Notes: a model not told the origin generated them from the letters alone. A stretch of DNA of 48,488 bases from Novosphingobium sp. UBA1948 (GCA_002336765.1 DDES01000200.1:1-48488); one strand, 5' to 3'; shown: positions 10,901-19,615, counted from the first letter of the stretch. Numbers and translations: made by a program.

Positions 10901-11445
10901 GCGAAACCGTCGCGGATATCGTGATGCTCGACACCCCGGTGTTGACGGCGATCGATTTCTCCCTGCTCGACCGCGTTCTTCTGAAAGCCCAGGACATACG
11001 CCGCGAACGCGCGGGGTTCATTGCCCAGTGGCAGGAGGGACGGCGCATTTCGCGCACGCTTCGCAACACGCAGGCGCACGCCGCCGATCCGGCGGCAGCG
11101 CCGGGCGACTTCCACAACGACGCCGTCCGGCTGGCCTATATGCGGGCTCTCGACCGCTACGAGATCCACCCCTACGACGGTTCCGTCTTCCTTTTGAAGC
11201 CGCAGCCGAACATCATCTACCGGCTTCCGGGCGGGCGCCTGTTCCAGGCCGGAAGAAGCCTCGTGCGCGAGGACAACGGCTGGTCGGCCTATGTCGCCGA
11301 TCTGACGATCGCGGGCGCGCCGGGCGATCACGACAGCATGGTTCTCAACCCCAATGTCTGCGTGCTGTCGAACAAGATACGGGCGAGACTGAAGGCGCGT
11401 GAAGCGGGAGCTTACCGCTACGCGATGCCGCTTGCGGCGGAATGA
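4984..11445 (+). CDS. Single-module type I polyketide synthase KS-AT-KR(DH inserted)-ACP/PCP-TE
   Basis: KS triad VQTACSTS / HGTGT / KSNIGHLD. AT GHSMG. KR TGGLGDL, AGVIDD, YVAAN. DH HRLVSGLPVLPG and HPGLLD. Carrier FFDIGGHSL. TE GFSGG with C-terminal GDHDSM. Confidence 0.95.
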   Translation: MPDNHDISPNDIAIIGMALRVPGAGNVETFWQNLRAGREAIRTLSDDELLAAGESPERFNHPNYVRRTADLPDMEMFDAEFFGLSPKEAAIMDPQHRHFLECAWEAMEDAGRTPNTVAGPVGVFAGCGMGHYFYFNVCSNRQLVDQVGMFLLRHTGNDKDFLATRASFAFDLRGPSVNVQTACSTSLVAVHQACQSLLNGETDMALAGGVTIELPHRRGYMHQEGEILSPDGHCRAFDHRAGGTVFGSGAGVVILRRLADAIADGDIVHAVIKASAVNNDGASKAGYLAPSVTGQAEAIIEAHGLAGIEADTIQYVECHGTGTYLGDPIEIEAMTQAFRQTTSRTGFCRVGSVKSNIGHLDTAAGVVGLIKTTLALKHGEIPPTLGFEKPNPSIDFAGSPFIVNDRLTPWPQAAGPRRAAVNSLGVGGTNAHIVLEQAPLDTRAAANDAEPQVLLFSARSRKAAEQAAVRLGAALTAQPALSLADAAYTLHAGRKPFEHRCVVAAADRQDAIAVLGGAEPRRIFSHTVLDAPSGATFLFPGGGAQHVGMARRLYEQDHAFRAIVDEGLAALPADAASELRAVWFEDNQAGREDAARRFLRPALQLPAILIVEVAIARLWMARGVKPAALVGHSMGENAAACIAGVLEYRDAVRLVRLRGELFETIAPGGMLSVPLSQQNLAAILPAELDIASVNAPELCVVSGLNGDLAAFQQTLAARGVEATRIAIDIAAHSRMLDGILPRFEAFLRGIRLSAPAIPMLSNRTGAWLTAAEATDPLYWTQHLRSSVLFGRNMALLSEDPGRVYIEVGPGRALSSLAKMQPGIAANQVIHSLPHPEEETDDRLHFLTALGRVWAVGLPVDFEDGWSRQGARRVSLPTYPFQHQHYFIERAATERVAAAEEPLLRLPDMADWGYRQTWRQSAADILIDAGRKPQSWLLFLDDGGVGATLAAQLRELGHDVRTVTSGDGFAKLGRNDYVLGSADGRAGYDALVAGLLEDGPFPANIVHLWLVTHDSWHRPESSFFDRLQETGFYSLLHLAQAMADTSINGTHLTVVTNGMQRVGDEPLPLPGKATVLGPGLVIPKELPGVTVRLVDIDIPTAAEKKTRRTPASLLSQLSGAKRDAGPAPWLAPLWEELLASPGNEVVALRKGRRWVPTHVALPLQPAGEAPIFRDGGTYVITGGLGDLSMAIARALAGRHAAKLVLLGRTPLPSRDSWASYRRLHAGDDRASRGIAAIVELEALGADVLYLSADVGNPEEMADALALARKRFGAIHGVLHTAGVIDDALIPLKTFSGTENVLMPKVHGTAVLDQVLAGDALDFMVLFSSTSTDTAPAGQADYVAANAYLNAFAESRTAAGRRTIAVHWGIWNEVGLAARAAGNGTRPAETKHVAAHGPLFEHWVEDAGRTQWLEFVASPARHWMWNEHRLVSGLPVLPGTGYIELIAQALAEYGMTGTPVIEDLVFLRPLAIEDNAEKRVRVRLQAQDGGFKVIVAAGGTEEASVFHPHAEALVRIEADTRPYSVQTPGTRGEQWRKSLRAREGGALRSVQEDHIRFGPRWAVLRAIDMGERQAQASLSLDASFAADLATTRLHPGLLDIATGYAMELVDGYDPAKGLWAPMSYWRIRILDTLPQEITSHIRLSDKDSLGEGYAVFDVTITDPDGHVLVEIERFVVRKLASNTSLAEAGEPEHGKGEAATTPAMLRLAAQVRQGILPSEGYEVLARALATGETQPIVSTMPLERLKARAQQVQAEADEPVQFLERPEQAGDYVAPQSEIEKTLASYWSELLGIGRIGLHDNFFDIGGHSLIAVRLFRMIRSAYAVDLPISVLFEAPTIAACAALIEKETGGHSPREEGGENAGQTDPASRPMHLVPMSAGPKNGGAPFFLCAGMLGNVLNLRHLALLVGADRPIYGLQARGLYGEQAPHETFEEMARDYIAEIRQVQPHGPYLLGGFSGGGFVAYEMARQLQAAGETVADIVMLDTPVLTAIDFSLLDRVLLKAQDIRRERAGFIAQWQEGRRISRTLRNTQAHAADPAAAPGDFHNDAVRLAYMRALDRYEIHPYDGSVFLLKPQPNIIYRLPGGRLFQAGRSLVREDNGWSAYVADLTIAGAPGDHDSMVLNPNVCVLSNKIRARLKAREAGAYRYAMPLAAE

Positions 11446-11456
11446 CAAGGCCGATG

Positions 11457-11484
11457 GCGCCCGCACGTAACATCGTGCGGGCGC
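11457..11484. terminator. Hairpin between convergent PKS and TolC genes, probable intrinsic terminator
   Basis: GCGCCCGCACG-taacat-CGTGCGGGCGC, perfect 11-bp stem followed by TTT. Confidence 0.7.
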
Positions 11485-11492
11485 TTTCGCTT

Positions 11493-12926
11493 CTAGTTCA
11501 ACGCGACCTCGGGGGAGCGCTTTTCGCCGGGAACGGATGCGCCGACGAAATCGCTGAGCATGCCGATTTCCGCCGCCAGCGTGTATTCGGCCGCCAGTAC
11601 CTCGTATTGCGCTTCGGCGATATGGATATCGGCATTGGCGACATCCTCGTTCAGGCGGATTTCGTCATAGACGGTGCGGTCGCCGAGCTTGCGCTCCTGC
11701 TTGACGCCGTCGAGCGCGGCTTGCGCATTGCGCTTTTCCATGTGGGCGAGCCGCATGGCGTCTTCCGCACGCGCGCGCCGGGCACTGGCTGCCCGCACCG
11801 CCGCCGTCACGCCGTTGACCGCGGCATCCCGTTCGTAGGAGGCGGCCGTTTCCTCGCTGTGCTTCTGGCGAAGATCGGCAGAGCGCATGCCGCCGGTGTA
11901 GATCGGAATGGAGAAGCGGACGAACGCATTGGCGGAATGATCGCGCTCGTTGCTATAGGTTTCGCTTTCCTCGCCGTTCAGGCCGAGAGACAGCGACACC
12001 GTCGGCTTGTAGGCGCCCTTCGCCTCTTCGACGCGCGCGGTGGCGCTTTCGACCAGAGCCGATCGCTGCGCAATTCTCGGATTGTTGCGCAAAGCCGTCT
12101 CGATCAGCTCGGGTTCGGACTTGGAGAGCCGCGCGGCAAAGGAAGGCGTCTTCGCGCCGGCAGGCACCGAGATATTGTATTGGAGAAGTATCTGCTCCGC
12201 CGAGGCGAGGCCGATCTTCGCCTGCTCGCGAACGACGGCGAGCCGGGCAAGCTGGCGGTTGATATCGTTGAGATCCGCCTGGCTTGCGGCGCCCGCGGCC
12301 ACCTCGGTGCTCACGCTGTCGCGCAGCCGGCGCAGCTGCTGTTCCTGCCGTTGCCGCACGGCAATCGTCGTTTTCTGGCGCTGCACGGCGGCGTTCGCCA
12401 GAAGCACCCCATAGGTCGTGGAGAGCAGGCTATCCTTCGCCGCTTCGCCGGCTGCCCGATGAGAGGCTCTGGCCGCCTTCATGGCCGCCTGCGCGCGGCC
12501 ACCCTGATAGAGCGGCACCTCGACCGACAGGCCATAGGAATATTCGCTGCCGGAAGCCGCGCCGGGGAACGAATTGCTGCGCTCCTGCAGGAGGCCGGCC
12601 TGCGCGTTCAAAGAGACCGTCGGCAGCATCATCGCCCGCGCCTTGGCAATCTCCTCGCCCGCCGCATCGCGCCTCGCCAAGGCGGCAAGCACCTCGGGCG
12701 TCGCCAGGGTCGAAGCGAATTCGGCCTGATGGAAGGAGTGCGTCTGCTCGGTCTGACGGATCGGGACAGTGATCGAACCGGTTGTTTCCGAAGAACAGGG
12801 AGCGTTCAGGCTGGTCGTCGCCTTGCAGGACCCGTCTTTGGAGACCTGCTTGCCCGTCGTTGCGCAGCCCGAAAGTATAACCAGGCAACCAAAGAGAATA
12901 AAATTTCTCTTATTTTTGAATCTCAT
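11493..12926 (-). CDS. TolC-family outer membrane efflux protein with lipoprotein signal
   Basis: Lipobox LSGC after the likely ATG at 12926. Two OEP-like repeats (PTVSL...VPLYQGG; PTVSL...IPIYTGG) and a GDRTVYD motif. Confidence 0.85.
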   Translation of the reverse strand: MRFKNKRNFILFGCLVILSGCATTGKQVSKDGSCKATTSLNAPCSSETTGSITVPIRQTEQTHSFHQAEFASTLATPEVLAALARRDAAGEEIAKARAMMLPTVSLNAQAGLLQERSNSFPGAASGSEYSYGLSVEVPLYQGGRAQAAMKAARASHRAAGEAAKDSLLSTTYGVLLANAAVQRQKTTIAVRQRQEQQLRRLRDSVSTEVAAGAASQADLNDINRQLARLAVVREQAKIGLASAEQILLQYNISVPAGAKTPSFAARLSKSEPELIETALRNNPRIAQRSALVESATARVEEAKGAYKPTVSLSLGLNGEESETYSNERDHSANAFVRFSIPIYTGGMRSADLRQKHSEETAASYERDAAVNGVTAAVRAASARRARAEDAMRLAHMEKRNAQAALDGVKQERKLGDRTVYDEIRLNEDVANADIHIAEAQYEVLAAEYTLAAEIGMLSDFVGASVPGEKRSPEVALN

Positions 12927-13162
12927 TGGTACCGCCCCTATGGAAGGCAATTCCCGTCGATTGCCAATACTCTCGCGTCACCGCGCAGAATTTTTCGGCG
13001 GTTCGCCTTCCTATCAAGGTGTAAACAAACGTAGTTAACAAACGGTGAAATCATCGGGGGCCGAACCGGGCTCATCAATCATTTGATAAAGCTTGATTGG
13101 TATGAAATGAGCTTGGCCGCCTCTCAGCCGCCAGATGCTTCCGAACTCTGCGGGAACTGCAA

Positions 13163-14515
13163 ATGCAGATGGCCTTTTCTCAAAAGCGTATCGCAACCGG
13201 CGCCATATGGACCGTCGCGACCCACGGCGTGAGCGTCGCGATCCGCTTCGTCGTCAACGTCATCCTTTCGCGCCTCGTCTCCCCCGAGGTGCTCGGGACG
13301 CTGATGGTCATCAATACGCTCAAGGTCGGCATGGAGCTCGTGACGGATGTCGGCATCGGGCAGAACATCGTCATCAGCCCGAACAGCGAAAAGCGAAGCT
13401 TCCGCGACACCGCATGGACCTTCCAGGTCCTGAGAGGTTTCCTGCTGTTCGGCCTGCTGTCGCTTGCCGCCTATCCGCTCGCACAACTCTACGACATTCC
13501 CGCATTGGCGATACAGTTGAGCGCGGTATCGATCGTCATCATCGGGATGGGGTCGCTGTCGATCTACTATCTGCAACGGCGCATCGAGATCGTGCGCCTG
13601 AACCTGTTCGACCTTGCCATGGATGTCGCAGGATCGATCGTGGCGGTGGTCCTGACCTTCATGAGCCCCACGATCTGGGGCCTTATCATCGCAAACATCA
13701 TCGCCATCGCCATCCGGGCGGGCATGGCGTATCTCCTGCCCGACGCCCGCAACTGGTTCGCCATCCACAAGGAGCACGCGCGCGAAATCCTTTCGCTCGG
13801 AAAGTGGATCTTCCTGTCCTCGCTGCTCTCCTTCCTCAGCTTCAATTTCGACAAGCTCTTTCTCGCCCAGGCCCTGCCGCTTGCCGTGGTCGGCGTCTAT
13901 TCCATCGCGCGCGGCATCGCAGACCTTCCCACCATGGTGGCGGGACGGCTGAGCCACCAGCTCGTCTTTCCGCTGATCGCGGCGCACAAGACCGGCGACA
14001 AGGACGCCCTGCGGCGTCACATCTCCCCGCTTCGGATGAAGCTGCTGCTGCTGCTCGCCTTCGGCGTCGCCGCCGGCGTATCCCTCTCGGACATTGCCAT
14101 CGAACTCGTCTACGACGACCGCTACCAGGATGCAGGCTGGATGCTCGCCGTGCTGCTCTTCGGCGTCTGGATGGCATCGCTCAGCGTGATCAACGACTAC
14201 ACCCTGCTCGGCCTCGGCAAGCCGGTCTATGGCGCCTTCGGCAATTTCGCGAAGCTGCTTTGCCTGGTCGTCGCCATGACCTTGGGTACCCAGGCCTTCG
14301 GCCTTCCCGGCGCGCTCGTAGCCATCGTGCTCGGCGAGTTCCTGCGATATGTACCCGCCGTGATCGGGCTGCACCGCGAGGGGCTGTCGTTTGTCAGGCA
14401 GGATCTCCTGGCCAATGCGCTGATGCTTTTGCTGGTCGCATTCTTTCTGTTCCTTCGCCACCAACTCGGCTTCGGCTCGCCTTTCGAAGGCATGCCGGCC
14501 CTGTTCGCCTCCTAG
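13163..14515 (+). CDS. wzx: Oligosaccharide flippase (Wzx/PST family)
   Basis: 450-aa polytopic membrane protein with PST-type motifs (ILSRLVSPEVLG, DVGIGQ, FDKLFL, VGVYSIA). Lies in a glycosyltransferase cluster. Confidence 0.85.
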   Translation: MQMAFSQKRIATGAIWTVATHGVSVAIRFVVNVILSRLVSPEVLGTLMVINTLKVGMELVTDVGIGQNIVISPNSEKRSFRDTAWTFQVLRGFLLFGLLSLAAYPLAQLYDIPALAIQLSAVSIVIIGMGSLSIYYLQRRIEIVRLNLFDLAMDVAGSIVAVVLTFMSPTIWGLIIANIIAIAIRAGMAYLLPDARNWFAIHKEHAREILSLGKWIFLSSLLSFLSFNFDKLFLAQALPLAVVGVYSIARGIADLPTMVAGRLSHQLVFPLIAAHKTGDKDALRRHISPLRMKLLLLLAFGVAAGVSLSDIAIELVYDDRYQDAGWMLAVLLFGVWMASLSVINDYTLLGLGKPVYGAFGNFAKLLCLVVAMTLGTQAFGLPGALVAIVLGEFLRYVPAVIGLHREGLSFVRQDLLANALMLLLVAFFLFLRHQLGFGSPFEGMPALFAS

Positions 14516-14524
14516 CGGGTCCCC

Positions 14525-15493
14525 ATGCAGACTGGCCAACCGACGACTGGCATCGTTCTGATCGGACGCAACGAAGGCGAACGCCTCGTCGCAGGCCTCG
14601 AATCGCTGGGCTTCCATGCCGCAAGGGCGGTCTATGTCGATTCCGGCTCGACGGATAACAGCATCCGGGAGGCTGCCAGCCGGGGCGTCGCCGTGGTGGA
14701 ACTGCCGCAGGACCAGCCCTTCACCGCGGCGCGCGCACGAAACGCCGGCTTCCTCGAACTCGTCAGGCTGTATCCGGATACTAGCTTCGTGCAGTTCCTG
14801 GACGGCGACTGCCGGCTCCAGTCCGACTGGCTCGGCACGGCCCTCGATTTCCTGGCCGGCCACGAGGACGTGGCCATCGTCAGCGGCCGGCTGAGGGAAA
14901 TGCATCCCGAACGATCGGTTTACAATTACCTCTGCGACCGCGAATGGGATACGCCCGTCGGCGAGGCGGACGCCTGCGGCGGTATCTGCCTCGTCCGGCG
15001 GCCGGCATTCGAGGCCGTATCGGGTTTCCGCCCGCAGCTGATTGCCGGCGAGGAACCCGAAATGTGCCTGCGGCTTCGCGAAAAGGGGTGGAAAATCTGG
15101 CGCGTGGACGCCGACATGGCCAGCCACGATGCGAACATGCTGCGGTTCTCGCAATGGTGGCGGCGATCGGTGCGCGCGGGTTACGCCTTCACCGAGGTCA
15201 CCCTTCTCCACAGGCATTCACCGAAGCGTATCTGGAAACGCAATGTGGTGAGCGCGCTTCTATGGGGTTGCGTCCTGCCCCTCCTCATCCTCGCGGGCGG
15301 GATCGTCCATCCGGCCTTCCTGGCGCTTGCGGCCATCTATCCGCTGCAAGTCGCAAGGATCGCACTTCGTTCGAATGACTGGCGGAGAGCGTTCTTCTTC
15401 GTGCTCGGGAAATTTTCCGAGACGCAGGGCATCTTCAAATTCGCCATCGGCAAGATGCTCGGCAAGCGCCAACGGCTGATCGAATATAAATAG
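14525..15493 (+). CDS. Glycosyltransferase family 2
   Basis: IGRNEG, YVDSGSTDNS, ARARNAG, FLDGDC, GEEPEMC motifs and C-terminal TM helices. Confidence 0.9.
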   Translation: MQTGQPTTGIVLIGRNEGERLVAGLESLGFHAARAVYVDSGSTDNSIREAASRGVAVVELPQDQPFTAARARNAGFLELVRLYPDTSFVQFLDGDCRLQSDWLGTALDFLAGHEDVAIVSGRLREMHPERSVYNYLCDREWDTPVGEADACGGICLVRRPAFEAVSGFRPQLIAGEEPEMCLRLREKGWKIWRVDADMASHDANMLRFSQWWRRSVRAGYAFTEVTLLHRHSPKRIWKRNVVSALLWGCVLPLLILAGGIVHPAFLALAAIYPLQVARIALRSNDWRRAFFFVLGKFSETQGIFKFAIGKMLGKRQRLIEYK

Positions 15494-15503
15494 CAACGCC
15501 TTC

Positions 15504-16721
15504 TCAGGCGTCCGCCTGCCGCCCCTTCGTCCTGAAAAGGGTTTCCAGGGTCTCCGCAAGGGTATGGATATCGTGCAGGCGGGCGACGCGGTTACGGCCG
15601 GCCTTGCCCATTTCATCGAGCTTTTCCCTGGGCAGCGCGAGCGCCTGGCGGATGGCGGCTGCCAGCGCGTTTTCGTCGCCAGGAGAAATCAGCCAGCCGC
15701 ACTGTTCATCGACCAGTTCTGGAATGCCGGCGATGGAGGTCGTAATGACCGGCCGGCCGAGCGCCAGCGCCTCCATAAGCACGATGGGCAGGCCTTCCGC
15801 ATAGCTCGGCAGCAGGAATATCCGCCCTTCGGCAATGAGCCGGCGCACCTCCTCGTTCGAGGCCCAGCCGTAAAGGCTCACCTGATCCGCGACGCCGTGA
15901 CGGGCGATCTCTCTTTCGACCTCCGCCCGGCTTTCGCCGTCCCCCGCCAGGATCACGCGCAAGTCGGGATAGTCGGCACGCAGCGCCGCGACCGCGGCCG
16001 GGATATGAACCTGCCCCTTTTGCGGGCAAAGCCGCCCGACACAGACCACCGTCCTGCTGTCATCCTCGGCCGGTGGCGCGACCTGAAAATCCCCGAGCGG
16101 GATGCCGCAGCGGGCGACGTGAATCTTGTTCGCGTCCTGCGGCTTGGCGCAAAGGTCGGAAAGCCGCTTGCGGCAATAGTCCGAGATCGCCACGACGAAG
16201 GCGGCATTGTCGATCTTCAGGTCGAAGCTGAGGGTCGGTGCTTCGACGAATTCATCCGGCCCATGCGCGGTGAAGCTGTAGGAAGGCCCGCCCATGGCAC
16301 GCGCAAGCATGGCGACGGCCGCAGCATTGGTGCCGAAATGCGCATGGACATGCTCTATGCCGGCGCGCCTCGCCTTCTGCCGAAAGCTCGCCGCCTCCAT
16401 GAAATAGGCGATGTGCCGGACGAGACCGCCGCCCGAATTGCGCAGCAATCGCCGCCAGAGCGGCACCGCGCGCAGAACACCGGGCAGATTGCCAAAAACC
16501 TCCCGGGCGGCCGAAAGCAGCAGACCGGGCATGTCTTTGTCGAGAAGATAGGTCGTGCGGTCGGCTTCCTGCCTGTCCCTGGCGTCCACCAGTGGCGCGT
16601 GGAAGCGGCGAACCGCGAAACGCTCGATCGTAACCCCTCGCGCCTCGAGGGCTTCGATTTCACGGCGGATGAACGTCCCGCTCGGTGCCGGATAGGTATT
16701 GAGAAGATAGGCGATGTTCAT
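15504..16721 (-). CDS. Glycosyltransferase family 4 (WcaL-like)
   Basis: HVHAHFG, VGRLCPQKG and EGLPIVLMEA (ExxxxxxxE) motifs. ATG at 16721 with GGAG upstream. Confidence 0.9.
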   Translation of the reverse strand: MNIAYLLNTYPAPSGTFIRREIEALEARGVTIERFAVRRFHAPLVDARDRQEADRTTYLLDKDMPGLLLSAAREVFGNLPGVLRAVPLWRRLLRNSGGGLVRHIAYFMEAASFRQKARRAGIEHVHAHFGTNAAAVAMLARAMGGPSYSFTAHGPDEFVEAPTLSFDLKIDNAAFVVAISDYCRKRLSDLCAKPQDANKIHVARCGIPLGDFQVAPPAEDDSRTVVCVGRLCPQKGQVHIPAAVAALRADYPDLRVILAGDGESRAEVEREIARHGVADQVSLYGWASNEEVRRLIAEGRIFLLPSYAEGLPIVLMEALALGRPVITTSIAGIPELVDEQCGWLISPGDENALAAAIRQALALPREKLDEMGKAGRNRVARLHDIHTLAETLETLFRTKGRQADA

Positions 16722-16763
16722 TCGCTCGCTCCGGCGGAACAATCCGCTGCCCGCAATCGCGCT

Positions 16764-18311
16764 TTACCCGACGCTCTTCAAGGACGGAGCAGGCTTCTTG
16801 CCGCCGCCGCCGACCAACGAGCGCTGACGGGTGAGAAGCGAGAAGAACGGAGACAGCACCTTCTGCATGCCTTTCTCATCGGACTTGTTCACCAGCGTGC
16901 CGACAAGCTTCTCCCGCACGGCCGGCGCCATCCGGAGGCCGCTTTCGATATCCTCTTCCGTCGTCTCTCCCCACTCGACGACCAGAAGGGTGCCATCCAG
17001 CATGGAGGCGGCGGCATGCACATCGCCGACGGCCAGCATCGGCGGCAGGTCGAAGACGACGAGGTCATAATGCCGGAAGGACGGCAGGAGGCGTTCCATC
17101 GCAGGCGACCACAGCATTTGCGCCGCCTTTTCCGGAGCCTGGCCGGTGCCAAGCGGCAGGAAGGAAAGACCTGTCGTGGGATCGGTCGTGATCCGTGAGG
17201 CAAGATCGACGCTCTCGGTTCCCAGAAGATCGACCAGCCCGACTCGGGCCGATGGGGCCAGAGCCGTGGAAAGCGACATGTCGTAGGGCTGCGCATCCAC
17301 GAGGAGAACACGCTTGCCCGCACCGGCATTCATCAAGGCCAGATTGGCGGCAGCCGTGCTCTTGCCCTCGCCGCCACTGACGGAGGTGACGCCCAGCAGC
17401 CGCCCGCCGCGTGCATCCGTGCCCGCACCGATCAGAACGCTCGCATAGCGCAGCGCGTACCAGAGGGGAGAAAACGGCTTGTCGACGACTTCCCGCAGCG
17501 AAGCGGTTCCGCCTGTCCGGGGTACAAGGCCGAAACAGGGGCGGCCCGTGACCTGCTGAACCTGCTCGGCGCTGCGCACGCGCCTGTCGAAGAAGGCGGC
17601 GGCTATCGCGGCGCCAAAGCCCATTGCCAGCCCGACCGCACCGGCAGCGACAATGATGAAAAGACCGCGCATATTGCTCTTGTAGAGCGGCGGCAGGGCT
17701 TCCGAGACGATCTTCGCCTTCGGGCCGGCTTCCTGCAGGCGGTCCCTCAGCCAGCCGCTGCCGGCTTCCGCCGCATCGCTGCGGTCCCGGTCCAGCTTTG
17801 AGAGATAGCTGCGCGCGACGGCATTGGCGATTTCCGCCGCACGAGCGGGATCGACGTCGGAATAATCGATGTTGACGAGGTTGCTGAGTCCGACCCGCGC
17901 CACGCTCAGCGGCCGGCGGATGCGCTCCAGGACAGCCGCGTCGAGACCCTTCTGCGCAGCCTCTCCGGCGCTGTTGCCATCTGCCGTCCTGGCGACGTCG
18001 GCGATCACCGAGTCGGACGAAATGATCTGGATCTGGGTCTCGAGAAACGTCGGATCGAACTGGGATTCGGTATAGACCGCATCGTCGCGGATGATCGAAA
18101 GCCGGACATTCGTGACGTTGAGGGTCGTGGACGCCGTATAGACGTCCGTGCGCAGCAGCACGACCAGCATCGCCGCCAGAACGCACAGGACCGGGAACGG
18201 CAAGACGATGAGGGGACGGCTGATGATCGCCTTCAGCATCCAGCGCCAGTCGTAGGCGCTGTCCGGTGCTATCGGCAATGATCTGTCACCCGTCGTCAAT
18301 CTGCTGTCCAT
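16764..18311 (-). CDS. Wzc/ExoP-like polysaccharide co-polymerase with CpsD/CapB ATPase domain (short, no Tyr cluster)
   Basis: Wzz-like N-terminal TM, periplasmic segment and second TM, followed by Walker A GGEGKST, A' LLVDAQ and B VVFDLPP. Confidence 0.85.
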   Translation of the reverse strand: MDSRLTTGDRSLPIAPDSAYDWRWMLKAIISRPLIVLPFPVLCVLAAMLVVLLRTDVYTASTTLNVTNVRLSIIRDDAVYTESQFDPTFLETQIQIISSDSVIADVARTADGNSAGEAAQKGLDAAVLERIRRPLSVARVGLSNLVNIDYSDVDPARAAEIANAVARSYLSKLDRDRSDAAEAGSGWLRDRLQEAGPKAKIVSEALPPLYKSNMRGLFIIVAAGAVGLAMGFGAAIAAAFFDRRVRSAEQVQQVTGRPCFGLVPRTGGTASLREVVDKPFSPLWYALRYASVLIGAGTDARGGRLLGVTSVSGGEGKSTAAANLALMNAGAGKRVLLVDAQPYDMSLSTALAPSARVGLVDLLGTESVDLASRITTDPTTGLSFLPLGTGQAPEKAAQMLWSPAMERLLPSFRHYDLVVFDLPPMLAVGDVHAAASMLDGTLLVVEWGETTEEDIESGLRMAPAVREKLVGTLVNKSDEKGMQKVLSPFFSLLTRQRSLVGGGGKKPAPSLKSVG

Positions 18312-18349
18312 CGGCTTCCCAATCCTACAAATGATATATCCGCTCGCGC

Positions 18350-19615
18350 CTAGCTCGACTTTTCCGGAGCGTCGCGATCGACCTTGATGATGTCTCCGGG
18401 AACCACGGGCGTGGTCTCCGTCGCGGGAATCTCCTCGACGGTCTCACCCGTCGTGCGAACGATCGTGAAGCGCAGGCGCGGCAGCGAGCCCGCGCTGGTA
18501 TATTGCTCCAAGCGATCGGAATAGGACGCGGCACCGTCCAGCAGGCGGCTCGTGGTTTCGAACTGCTCCTCGATGGAGCGGACTTCCGCCTTCACCCTTT
18601 GCAGCCCGGCAAGCGCATCCGAGCGATAGCGGCCGTCGAGTTCGGCGATGCGCGCGCGCGTCTCCTCGAGGGATCGCTCCGCGCGCAGCTTTTCCAGCTC
18701 CGCCTGTTTCTTCTCCCGCTGGACGTCGGAGAGATCCCGCTCCAGCGGCAGGACGCGATGAACGGCGAGTTTCTGGGCCGCGAGCTGGCGCGCCTTGTCC
18801 AACTCTTCCTCGAAGGCCGTAAGCTTCGTTTCGACGTCGGTCAGCTGCAGCGAAAGCGACTCGATTTCCCCCTCGCGAAGACGCAGCGTCGTTTCAAGCG
18901 CCTCCCGTTCGTTGCGATAGGCCTGCCTTGCGGCATCGAACAGCCGCTTCTGTTCCTCGAAGGCGGTGACAATATCCGCGGAAGCCGTGGACGGAGCCGC
19001 CGGCAAGGCATCGGCGCCGTCCGCCTGGGCCTGATAGCGTGTCTCCTCCGCCGTCAGATCGGCCCGGCGCAGCTCAAGCACCTTCAACTGGCCGCGGCTG
19101 TTGATGGCCGTACTTTCGAGATCCCATTCGGAAATGCGCTCCGAACGGTAGATGCCGCCGCTGAGGCTCAGCGCGTTGAGGACCAGCATTCCCGGCCGGT
19201 AGGCGTACTCCCCCGGCGTCGTCACCGTGCCGAGGATGTAGAACGGGCGATAGGCCACGATATCGACCGAGGTATCCGGCGACTGGCGCAGGTTCTGCTT
19301 GGCGCGCAGGCGATTGGCGATCTCGCTCGCCAGTTCGGAAGGCAACAGCCCCTTGGCGGGAACCTCGCCGATGACCGGCAGGGAGACATTGCCATTCGGA
19401 CCGACGGCCAGTTCCCCCGTCAATGCCGGCCACTCCGAGACGTAGATACGCACGCGATCCTGCGCTCCGAGGCGATACTCCATTGCCTGCGCGGCAGGCC
19501 CGCCGAACAGCACAAGCGCCGCAACGCCCGCCAGCGCCGTCCGCAGGCATCCAGCGATGCCGATCCGTGCGCGACCTGCCTGATGAACATCCCGCTGCAT
19601 TTCCTGCTCCTTCAC
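18350..19615 (-). CDS. Polysaccharide export protein (OPX, Wza/ExoF-like) with SLBB domain and coiled coil
   Basis: EYRLGAQDRVRI, GNVSLPVIG, RPFYILGTVTTPGEYAYRPG and C-terminal VVPGDII motifs. Start may be the downstream Met. Confidence 0.88.
   Translation of the reverse strand: MKEQEMQRDVHQAGRARIGIAGCLRTALAGVAALVLFGGPAAQAMEYRLGAQDRVRIYVSEWPALTGELAVGPNGNVSLPVIGEVPAKGLLPSELASEIANRLRAKQNLRQSPDTSVDIVAYRPFYILGTVTTPGEYAYRPGMLVLNALSLSGGIYRSERISEWDLESTAINSRGQLKVLELRRADLTAEETRYQAQADGADALPAAPSTASADIVTAFEEQKRLFDAARQAYRNEREALETTLRLREGEIESLSLQLTDVETKLTAFEEELDKARQLAAQKLAVHRVLPLERDLSDVQREKKQAELEKLRAERSLEETRARIAELDGRYRSDALAGLQRVKAEVRSIEEQFETTSRLLDGAASYSDRLEQYTSAGSLPRLRFTIVRTTGETVEEIPATETTPVVPGDIIKVDRDAPEKSS

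Noticed and set aside
11442-13034. 530-aa plus-strand ORF overlapping the PKS stop (ATGA)
   Set aside because: Lies antisense to the TolC gene, which has clear family motifs, and runs through a terminator hairpin.
13074-13087. ATCAA-N4-TTGAT palindrome resembling an FNR/FixK box
   Set aside because: Half-sites are in the wrong order; the consensus is TTGAT-N4-ATCAA.
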